A DNA stretch of 64,000 nucleotides, taken from assembly GCA_021772565.1 (NCBI GenBank), contig JAJFLR010000035.1, positions 17,621 to 81,620 of the forward strand. Direction: 5' to 3'. Below the pieces are notes generated by a model. The model was not told the DNA's origin. It saw nothing but the letters and a program-made list of their open reading frames with translations, and made no database searches. Source of the DNA: Opitutales bacterium (GTDB lineage: Bacteria > Verrucomicrobiota > Verrucomicrobiia > Opitutales > JAJFLR01). Of this stretch, positions 46,985 through 54,959 are shown piece after piece. Within the stretch, counting starts at the first letter, position 1. Every line of letters starts with the position of its first letter. Both the position numbers and the translations under genes were made by a program.

Positions 46985-48100
46985 TTACAGTGAGTGCTGA
47001 TTGATCGAAAAGTACTCTTTAATCTTATCAGTTACATAAACTATCTGTTCATCTTTTAACTCCGGAAAAATTGGTAACGATAAGATTCGGCCTTGATTCG
47101 CATAGGCAACTGGAAAGTCAGAAGGATTGTGATTTAAATAATTGTAAGCCTTTAAAAATGGTAATGCTATTGGATAGTTAAGTACAGTCGCAATATCAGC
47201 TTCCTTTAAGTAAGTTCTCAGATTATCCCTATGATGCGTACGGATAACATAAAGATGCCAAACATGATCACGATTAGATCCAACTTCAGGTAAAATTAAA
47301 TCACCGACTTCCTTTAGGAGTTCAGTATATCTGCGGGCAACACGTTGTCTCTCTTTTATCCAGTTCTTCAAATGTGGTAACTTTACACTGAGTATAGCTG
47401 CTTGAATACCATCCATACGACTATTTATACCCTCAATAGTGTGATCTCCTTTGCCGCCATGACGAGCATACAATTTCATCAATTCTGCCAGTTCATCATC
47501 ATTCGTAACAATGCAACCGGCATCTCCCATGGCACCAAGATTTTTTCCAGGATAAAAGGAAAATGTGCCTAGCTTTCCAATCGTTCCAACATTTTTTCCT
47601 TTGTAAGTAGCAAAGTGTGCTTGAGCTGAATCTTCAATCACCCATAAATTATGTTTACTGGCAATTGCTTGAATCGCATCCATATCTGCGGGTTGCCCAT
47701 AAAGATGTACTGCAATTATCCCTTTGGTTTTTGAGTTAATTTTGGATTCTATCAGTGATGGATTAATATTAAATGTATCATCTTTTGTATCACAAAAAAT
47801 GACTTTAGCTCCGGTCTGAGTAATAGTTTCCGAGGTTGAAATCCACGAATGCGCAGTAGTAATTACTTCATCTCCAGATTTTACTCCAAGACAATGCATT
47901 GAAATATAAAGAGCATCCGTACCATTAGCGCATGAAATGCAGTGTTTTACTTTCATCGCGGATGCAAATTCTTTTTCAAATTTGTCTACGTAAGGCCCAC
48001 GTATAAATTGAGCCTTATTAATCACATCAAAAATAGCCCCATCAATCTCTTTCTTAATAGATTGATACTGTGCATTTAAATCAACAAACGGTACTTTCAT
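46985..48100 (-). CDS. DegT-family aminotransferase in the WbpB/WbpD cassette (WlbC/WbpE-position)
   Basis: 371 aa. CANGTDALYISMHCLGVKSGDEVITTAHSW and SFYPGKNLGAMGDAGCIVTNDDELA. Its start lies 10 nt after the stop of the WbpD-like gene, which is upstream on the minus strand. Confidence 0.8.
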   Translation of the reverse strand: MKVPFVDLNAQYQSIKKEIDGAIFDVINKAQFIRGPYVDKFEKEFASAMKVKHCISCANGTDALYISMHCLGVKSGDEVITTAHSWISTSETITQTGAKVIFCDTKDDTFNINPSLIESKINSKTKGIIAVHLYGQPADMDAIQAIASKHNLWVIEDSAQAHFATYKGKNVGTIGKLGTFSFYPGKNLGAMGDAGCIVTNDDELAELMKLYARHGGKGDHTIEGINSRMDGIQAAILSVKLPHLKNWIKERQRVARRYTELLKEVGDLILPEVGSNRDHVWHLYVIRTHHRDNLRTYLKEADIATVLNYPIALPFLKAYNYLNHNPSDFPVAYANQGRILSLPIFPELKDEQIVYVTDKIKEYFSINQHSL

Positions 48101-48110
48101 ATATTTATGT

Positions 48111-48719
48111 CTATTTTACTTTTTTCAAGAATCGCTCTTTTTTATCATTTAAATGTTCTTCATAAAGGCTGTTGCATTCATCACACTTCAATTGAGATGA
48201 GGTGCTATCTGTAGTTAACTCAAGACGATTAGCACATTCACATACCCAGTCATGATGTTTTGCAGGATTTCCCACTACTAATGCATAAGCAGGAACGTCA
48301 CGAGTTACAACACAGCCTGCGGCAACAAAACAATATTCTCCCAATGTGGTTCCGCATATTATTGTGGCGTTTGCTCCGATAGTTGCCCCTTCTTTTATCA
48401 GGGTTTTTTTCAACCATTGATCTTTGGATCTTTTAACAAAAGCACGAGGATTATTGTGGTTTGTTAAAACACAACTTGGTCCAAAAAAAACTCCATCTTC
48501 AGCCGTAACACCTTCCCATATCTGAACACAATTTTTAACCGTTACTTCATTGCCTAACATAGCACCTGACTCGATGAAACTATGTTCTCCAATGTTGCAC
48601 CTTTCACCAATCACTGCCCCAGCCATTATATGAGCAAATGCCCAAACACGTGTATCATTTCCAACATTGGACCCCTCATCAACTAACGCAGTTTCATGAA
48701 AGTAATATTTCTTCTTCAT
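48111..48719 (-). CDS. wbpD: Hexapeptide N-acetyltransferase, WbpD/WlbB-like
   Basis: 202 aa, colinear with Bordetella WlbB as I recall it. ETALVDEGSNVGNDTRVWAFAHI, GPSCVLTNHNNPRA, GATIGANATIICGTTLGEYCFVAAGCVVTRDVPAYALVVGNPA. Confidence 0.75.
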   Translation of the reverse strand: MKKKYYFHETALVDEGSNVGNDTRVWAFAHIMAGAVIGERCNIGEHSFIESGAMLGNEVTVKNCVQIWEGVTAEDGVFFGPSCVLTNHNNPRAFVKRSKDQWLKKTLIKEGATIGANATIICGTTLGEYCFVAAGCVVTRDVPAYALVVGNPAKHHDWVCECANRLELTTDSTSSQLKCDECNSLYEEHLNDKKERFLKKVK

Positions 48720-48721
48720 TC

Positions 48722-49717
48722 TTATTTATTTTGAGCCTTTTGTAGTATTCGCACAACTTCACGAGCATGCGTTACACCAGATATAGGTTCGTTTCCGGTA
48801 CTGATGCACTCCAAAAAATGTTCTGCTTCCTGCCGTATTGGTTCTATGAAATCAATTTTAGGAATTAAAATATCACCTGTTCTGTAGTCGAATTCTAAAG
48901 GACTTGTTTTATCAAAATCCATATTCTTTCCAAGGACTGCTTTAATATCTATACCCTTATCAAATATCATAATCTTATTGTCAGAAACGTCATCATAAAC
49001 CACCATTTTTTTTGATCCAACAACAACCATCTTTCTGGTTTTATGTGGGTCTAAACAACTTACATGAACATTTGCCATAATGTTGTCAGGATATTTGATA
49101 TTAAGAAAAGCAACATCCTCAATTCCTTCTTGAACATACGCCATTCCCGTCCGCTCAATAGATATAGGCTCAATATCTTTTAGCCAATATTGGATTATAC
49201 TAATATCGTGAGGTGCAAGATTCCATAAAACATCAACATCCGATCGAATACGTCCTAGATTTAACCGTTGACTGTATATGTAACGAATATCACCAATTTC
49301 ATCAGAGTCGATTAATGACCGCACATACCTCACTGCCGCATTATACAAAAATGTATGGCCTGCCATAACTATTTTTTTATTTTTATTTGCTAACTCCTCT
49401 AACTCGTCGACTTCATCGACAGAAGTTGCCAGAGGTTTTTCTACAAAAACATGTTTACCTCTACTTAAAGCGCTTTTTGCTAATTGAAAGTGAGTACCAG
49501 CCGGAGTTGCAATAATTACCCCATCAATCTCGGTATCATTAAGGGCTACATCTACATTATCTATAGCTTTAATATTAGGATAGCTTTTTTTGACAAAATC
49601 ACATCGTTCCTCATTTGTATCAACTAAGTAACGCAAATTGCAATTGGGCAATGAATTGAAATTTCGTAATAGATTTGGTCCCCAATATCCACAACCGATT
49701 TGCGCTAGTGTAATCAT
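48722..49717 (-). CDS. wbpB: Gfo/Idh/MocA oxidoreductase, WbpB/WlbA-like
   Basis: 331 aa. ITLAQIGCGYWGPNLLRNF Rossmann motif and HVFVEKPLATS (EKP). Its stop lies 2 nt before the start of the WbpD-like gene, which is downstream on the minus strand. Confidence 0.75.
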   Translation of the reverse strand: MITLAQIGCGYWGPNLLRNFNSLPNCNLRYLVDTNEERCDFVKKSYPNIKAIDNVDVALNDTEIDGVIIATPAGTHFQLAKSALSRGKHVFVEKPLATSVDEVDELEELANKNKKIVMAGHTFLYNAAVRYVRSLIDSDEIGDIRYIYSQRLNLGRIRSDVDVLWNLAPHDISIIQYWLKDIEPISIERTGMAYVQEGIEDVAFLNIKYPDNIMANVHVSCLDPHKTRKMVVVGSKKMVVYDDVSDNKIMIFDKGIDIKAVLGKNMDFDKTSPLEFDYRTGDILIPKIDFIEPIRQEAEHFLECISTGNEPISGVTHAREVVRILQKAQNK

Positions 49718-49873
49718 AATTCTTTATTAATTAATTTTAATGTATGGACAAGTAGTTCATCAACTAATTCATGTTCTACCGAACATTTGTTTTATATTAA
49801 AGTATAAACAAAACTTAGAAATTATATGAGGGAATACTATAAATATTAAATTATCACCGAGTATCATAAATAT

Positions 49874-50932
49874 CTATACATTGATGCTTTTCATTGCGTC
49901 ATAATTATCATAATACCAAGCCACGCTTTGTTTCAAGCCATCTTCGAGTGATACCTCAGGCTCCCAATCCAGCAGTTTCTTTGCTTTGTTTATATCTGCC
50001 CAAGTTTCTTTTACATCTGCTATGTGAAATGGCCGTTTCTCAATTTGAGCTTTCTTGCCTATTATATTTTCCAACAAACTGAAAATCGTCGTTAAGGATA
50101 CAGGATTATCACCACCACCAAGATTTATTATTTCGTAGCCCAATTCTTTTTCTGCTAATATAGTACCACGTGCAATATCATCAATATATGTAAAATCACG
50201 AGATTGTGAACCATCACCGTATAATTTTATAGGTGTTTCATCATCAATCCATTTTATGAATCGAAACATACCCATATCAGGACGACTGGCGGGTCCGTAA
50301 ACTGTAAAATAACGTACTATTGAAACATCAATTTTATATAAATGACGATAGCTATAGGCAAGCACTTCCGCGGCTTTTTTGCTTGCTGCATAAGGACTAA
50401 TTGGAGTATTCACCGGTAGGTCTTCATTAAATGGCATTTTTTGACCGGCATAAAGTGATGAGGTCGAAGCCAATATCACCTTCTTTACTTCATTCTTAAG
50501 CATACAGTTTAAAATATTAAGTGTACCTATTGCATTTGTTGTCATATATACTTGAGGATTTATCATACTGTAACGCACTCCAGCTCGTGCTGCTAGATTA
50601 TAAACCGCATCAAACTGATTCTCTGAAAAAAGTTTTTTAAGCGAATCAATATCCTCAATATCCAAACGTTTAAATGTAAAATTTCCACATTTAAAACTTG
50701 TTAAACCATAATATACTTCAGCTGATCCTATAGTATAGTCTAACTTATCGAGAAGAAGTTTTGATGCTTCATTATTACTAGCTAATTCATGAAGCCGGTA
50801 AGTTTTTAAGCGAACGTCATTATAAGAATTGATATTGTCAATTCCTATAACTGAATGGCCATTTTGCAAAAGTAACTCTGCAACTCTTGAGGCAATAAAT
50901 CCAGCTACACCAGTTACAAGAAACGTCGCCAT
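49874..50932 (-). CDS. NAD-dependent epimerase (UDP-glucuronate 4-epimerase-like)
   Basis: 352 aa. MATFLVTGVAGFIASRVAELLL, YxxxK in SPYAASKKAAEVLAYSY, and VRYFTVYGPASRPDM typical of the uronate-epimerase subgroup. Confidence 0.8.
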   Translation of the reverse strand: MATFLVTGVAGFIASRVAELLLQNGHSVIGIDNINSYNDVRLKTYRLHELASNNEASKLLLDKLDYTIGSAEVYYGLTSFKCGNFTFKRLDIEDIDSLKKLFSENQFDAVYNLAARAGVRYSMINPQVYMTTNAIGTLNILNCMLKNEVKKVILASTSSLYAGQKMPFNEDLPVNTPISPYAASKKAAEVLAYSYRHLYKIDVSIVRYFTVYGPASRPDMGMFRFIKWIDDETPIKLYGDGSQSRDFTYIDDIARGTILAEKELGYEIINLGGGDNPVSLTTIFSLLENIIGKKAQIEKRPFHIADVKETWADINKAKKLLDWEPEVSLEDGLKQSVAWYYDNYDAMKSINV

Positions 50933-50939
50933 TTTATTT

Positions 50940-51115
50940 TACGCACAGTAATATTTTTGTAGTGTTTTTGAAATAGAATTTCTTGTTTCAACTACATGTA
51001 AATCCAATTTCGAAGAATCGTATTCTTTGTAATAATTGCATGGATTAGCAATGCTAGCAAATTAAATCGACTATAGAAGCCCCACATAACCTAATCCTAC
51101 TACTGCTATTTTCAT
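50940..51115 (-). pseudogene. Decayed N-terminal fragment of a UDP-glucose/GDP-mannose-dehydrogenase-family gene
   Basis: Minus strand from ATG 51115 reads MKIAVVGLGYVGLL-TAG-SI-TAA-FASIANP.. The first 14 codons (51074-51115) are the canonical Rossmann N-terminus of this family (MKIAVVGLGYVGL). Two in-frame stops follow and similarity fades before the epimerase start at 50932. Confidence 0.5.
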
Positions 51116-51188
51116 GATAATTAATTCTACAATTTAATTCGATTTTGACTAAAAAACATAACGCTTAATGGAGGTCACTCGCTTATTA

Positions 51189-51200
51189 CATGCTGCCGCC
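51189..51200 (-). promoter_or_regulatory. ops-like (JUMPStart core-like) motif in the operon leader, speculative
   Basis: Minus strand GGCGGCAGCATG matches 9 of the 10 specified positions of GGCGGTAGnnTG. It lies 74 nt upstream of the dehydrogenase-remnant ATG, on the coding strand. Confidence 0.2.
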
Positions 51201-51272
51201 CTTGGTCGATCAGTCGAAACTGAAACCAATTTAACTATTTTTAAACTGTAATTTTCGCGCACTAAAGCCGCT

Positions 51273-51857
51273 CTATTTGCTGCCTACAATTTCCACAAGT
51301 AGTGGTATTAAATCATGGCCTTTATTATTCCAGGTTTGTATTGTTTTTACCCGGTCTTTCAAAAAATTTTTCTTTTCTGATGTTAAACCATCAACTACTT
51401 CAGATATTTCACTTATACGTTTATGACCATTTTTCAGATGAGGTTCTATTTGTTCATCAAGAAAGCCATTGAGTAGTTTTCGAAGGCTTACTTCTGCAGA
51501 GTAAAAATCACTTCGAATACCTATTTTTTTTGAAATATTTATTGCATTTATATTACCAAGAAAACGTAACCCCTGACTTGTAGACCCCTTACTGATATTC
51601 AGATGTTTCATGATTTCAGGAATTGTCAGCGATTTTGGAGAACAAAACAGCAATCCATAAATTTCCCCAATTGACTTCGGTAGCCCTAAAGCTTTTGTTA
51701 AATGAACAAAATATTTAATAATTTCAATTTCTGCTGTAGATAGTTCTAAACTAGGATCTTGCGATGAAAAGTTGTCACTAAATCTGACATCACTATCCTC
51801 AATTTCTATTGAAGAACGATCACTGGTGTTAGTCTTTTTCATGTATTGCAGAGCCAT
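51273..51857 (-). CDS. GbsR/MarR-family winged-helix transcriptional regulator
   Basis: 194 aa. LGLPKSIGEIYGLLFCSPKSLTIPEIMKHLNISKGSTSQGLRFLGNINAI fits the COG1510/GbsR HTH pattern. The N-terminal ~45 aa are acidic and Ser-rich. Confidence 0.65.
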   Translation of the reverse strand: MALQYMKKTNTSDRSSIEIEDSDVRFSDNFSSQDPSLELSTAEIEIIKYFVHLTKALGLPKSIGEIYGLLFCSPKSLTIPEIMKHLNISKGSTSQGLRFLGNINAINISKKIGIRSDFYSAEVSLRKLLNGFLDEQIEPHLKNGHKRISEISEVVDGLTSEKKNFLKDRVKTIQTWNNKGHDLIPLLVEIVGSK

Positions 51858-52050
51858 TAGGTCAATTTATTTCAAACATCAGATGTATATTTTTGAACAA
51901 AGGTCAAGAATTTTTGAAAATAATTCATTTATTTTTATACATTAGATAATTGGAATACTTAGAAGCCCATATATCAGCCGGTAAAATATAAACAGGCATT
52001 TTAACTTATTTAACTCGTTCTGACTTAAAGTATGCAGATTGTTTTGTTAT

Positions 52051-53247
52051 TTATACGATGTTAGTAACAAATTCAGTAATAGATTCAATTATTTGATCCT
52101 TCTGTGAATGAGATAATTCAGGATAGATTGGTATACTCAATACTTCGTTAGAAAGGTCATGTGCAACTTTGATTGAACTATCACTATTACTGAATTTTTG
52201 AAAACATGCCTGTTGGTCTAATGTAATTGGATAATATATTTCCGATCCAATTTGTTTTGATTTAAGATATTTTTGTAATTCATTTCTTTTACCAATACCA
52301 GGAAGTCGAAGTGTATACTGATTCCACGCATGAAAGTTACCTTTATGTGTAGTTGGCAGCATTATTATATTAGAATTATCTTCTGTTTTAGCTACAACTG
52401 TGTTGTGTGCAATGCAGGTTGGACATTCAATATTCCCAATACCTTTAATATCGCTTAACTGCTCGAAATAATAGGCTGAATTTTCTGAGCGCAATTGTGT
52501 GTATTTTGATAATTGTAATATTTTCACACGCAAGAGAGCTGCCTGTAGTTCGTCCAAACGAAAATTTCCCCCAATATATTTATGATAATATTTAGGATTA
52601 CTGCCATGAACGCGCAATATTCGTATTTTTTCTGCTAAAGCACTATCATTTGTAACAATCATTCCCGCGTCACCAAATCCTCCTAAATTTTTTGATGGGA
52701 AAAAACTAAATGTCCCAATATCTCCAATAGAACCAACAGATTGATTAAAATACTTTGCACCCAATGACTGTGCAGCATCTTCAATAACATAAAGCTTTTT
52801 TATTTTTGCTAAATCTATAACTGACTTCAAATCTGCACTTTGACCAAATAAGTGTACAGGTATTATCGCTTTTGTTTTCTCAGTTATTTTTTTGGTAGCA
52901 TCAGCTACATTCAGATTAAAACAATCTGGACAAGAATCTACAAATACTGGCGTCGCGCCCACTCTAGCAACACATCCCGCTGAAGCAAAAAATGTAAATG
53001 CTGGAACCAATACTTCATCTCCCGGCCCTATCCCTAAAGCCATTAAAGATAGCAGAATAGCATCAGTACCACTTGATACACCTATTGCATAATCAGTGCC
53101 TACAATACTGGCAACTTCTGATTCAAAGTGTCTAACTTCATCACCTAATATAAAACAACTTGATTCAATTACCCGATTGAAGGCATTCGTTAGATCCTTT
53201 TTTAATTCTCGATTTTGAATATTTAAATCTAACAAAGGAACATTCAT
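52051..53247 (-). CDS. DegT-family aminotransferase
   Basis: 398 aa. VSSGTDAILLSLMALGIGPGDEVLVPAFTFFAS and SFFPSKNLGGFGDAGMIVTNDSALA. Confidence 0.85.
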   Translation of the reverse strand: MNVPLLDLNIQNRELKKDLTNAFNRVIESSCFILGDEVRHFESEVASIVGTDYAIGVSSGTDAILLSLMALGIGPGDEVLVPAFTFFASAGCVARVGATPVFVDSCPDCFNLNVADATKKITEKTKAIIPVHLFGQSADLKSVIDLAKIKKLYVIEDAAQSLGAKYFNQSVGSIGDIGTFSFFPSKNLGGFGDAGMIVTNDSALAEKIRILRVHGSNPKYYHKYIGGNFRLDELQAALLRVKILQLSKYTQLRSENSAYYFEQLSDIKGIGNIECPTCIAHNTVVAKTEDNSNIIMLPTTHKGNFHAWNQYTLRLPGIGKRNELQKYLKSKQIGSEIYYPITLDQQACFQKFSNSDSSIKVAHDLSNEVLSIPIYPELSHSQKDQIIESITEFVTNIV

Positions 53248-53322
53248 TGTTTACTTATTAGTTATGTTTTAATTTCCAGTTGAATAATTCTACCGAAAAT
53301 AATGACAATAAAACATCAATCA

Positions 53323-54942
53323 CTAATCCGATAAATGCTTGGGAAACTTTGATTGCCATCGAGGTTTTAGTCGTAGATAAGAATTTAAAAGCATATTATA
53401 TGCTTTTTTAATATTTTCATCATCAACTTTAGAAGAATCATCTTTATTTACAGTATTCTTTTCAATAGCGGTAGAACTAATAATCCAATAAAATCTTCTA
53501 TCTCTGAGACTTTCAGAACCTTTAAGCCAATTAATAAACCTTCGAGGACTTAAGTCATACGCTTTCCAATCAGTCCCTTCATATGTTGATGATGGACCTC
53601 GTGGGTGAATAAGAGTTGTTAAATATGCAATATCCTTAACATAAAATAAAGCAACTGTCCCTGTATTGGGAGACTTTTGAATATTGAGCCAGATTTCCCC
53701 ATTGGAATTTGCAGCACGTTCAGTCATTTTGGAGTCATTTAACAAATCATATATATCATGAAATAAACCAGCGATATAATAGATTTCTACATCAATTTTA
53801 TTTGTCTCATTTTGATAAGTATATAAACCGTGATTCAGTATTTCCTGATAAGGTGTATCCCAATATAATACTGGATTTTCCATAGGAATGTCTACTTTTA
53901 CTAAATTATAACCAGGAAGATATATTTCTTTTGATAGAGTTTTACTCACATTTCGGTTTCCCGTTTTAAAAAAAAGACCCCCTATAATTATCGTAGATAT
54001 AATTGACCCAATACCTACGAACATAAAAATTTTGTTATGAAATTTCCTTATAGGTTTAAAATCATTTTTAACTTCAACAATTGGGATATCTTTAACAAAA
54101 TAATCTATCAAAAATTTTGAGAAGTATCCAAATACAAGTATCGATGTTGTAGAAAAAATTTGGTTTCCAGAATCTCCATGCCAATAGTGAAATTTATCAT
54201 AGTCATCAACAACAAGCGCAAGTATTGCTACCCTGATACACCCCATAATAAATCCACATAAAATTGCAACTATTGGAAGTTTGATTCTTTCAGATAATTT
54301 TAGTGGAAGCATAATTTCCAACATAAAGACGAGACATAACAATAGTGTGATTATTGGCATACCTGTGCATGGATTTAACACATTAACTGTGCCGTGAGAT
54401 AGCTTTATAACATTTCCAAAACTACCAACTTCATACCCAATATAGTGAAATATAAAAGCAACTGTTTTCGCTGTAAGTATACTAAATGCATCCTCTATGT
54501 TCATGAACTGAACAATTCTGTTTTGGTAGGCAAGAGATACCAATAAGCATAATAAAATAGCCTCACGCCAGAGAATTACCCAGGTACGAAAATTAAATGC
54601 AAGTAGAGTAATCCCAAAAATTCCTAACGCTAATAGTAAACGTGAAAATGCTGCTTCATACCAAAATAAAGTCGCTGATTTAAACAATACAAATTGTAAT
54701 ATCAATAATCCAATTAATCCAAAAATAAAACCACTGTTAAGTGCAATTTTGTTTCGCTTACCCCATAGCAACCAGAAAATTGCTGTCCATAATATTAGTC
54801 TAACTATTATTAAATCATTCCCGACTGGACTTGCTGAATGTCGAAATAGTAAAACTAATTCAAATACAGCATAACTGATTAAAGTTGAAAATAAAAGTTT
54901 TAGCTGAAGTGGCAGCTTTTTTATATATTCAATTTGAGACAT
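53323..54942 (-). CDS. Exosortase-family transpeptidase fused to a C-terminal TM + ~215-aa EpsI-like domain
   Basis: 539 aa. The polytopic N-terminal ~290 aa carries candidate Cys/Arg/His catalytic motifs NVLNPCTGMPIITLLL, GCIRVAILALVV and FHYWHGDSGNQIF. An extra helix (IFMFVGIGSIISTIIIGGLFF) and a soluble domain follow. Confidence 0.65.
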   Translation of the reverse strand: MSQIEYIKKLPLQLKLLFSTLISYAVFELVLLFRHSASPVGNDLIIVRLILWTAIFWLLWGKRNKIALNSGFIFGLIGLLILQFVLFKSATLFWYEAAFSRLLLALGIFGITLLAFNFRTWVILWREAILLCLLVSLAYQNRIVQFMNIEDAFSILTAKTVAFIFHYIGYEVGSFGNVIKLSHGTVNVLNPCTGMPIITLLLCLVFMLEIMLPLKLSERIKLPIVAILCGFIMGCIRVAILALVVDDYDKFHYWHGDSGNQIFSTTSILVFGYFSKFLIDYFVKDIPIVEVKNDFKPIRKFHNKIFMFVGIGSIISTIIIGGLFFKTGNRNVSKTLSKEIYLPGYNLVKVDIPMENPVLYWDTPYQEILNHGLYTYQNETNKIDVEIYYIAGLFHDIYDLLNDSKMTERAANSNGEIWLNIQKSPNTGTVALFYVKDIAYLTTLIHPRGPSSTYEGTDWKAYDLSPRRFINWLKGSESLRDRRFYWIISSTAIEKNTVNKDDSSKVDDENIKKAYNMLLNSYLRLKPRWQSKFPKHLSD

Positions 54943-54959
54943 GCGAATTTGGTAATTTA

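Noticed and set aside
49714-49779. Stop-free 22-codon tail (SVEHELVDELLVHTLKLINKEL) ending in an ATGA overlap with the WbpB-like start, as a possible C-terminal remnant of the lost dehydrogenase
   Set aside because: A 22-codon open stretch has roughly a one-in-five chance expectation in this composition. I cannot recognise dehydrogenase C-terminal similarity, so it is only a weak hint.
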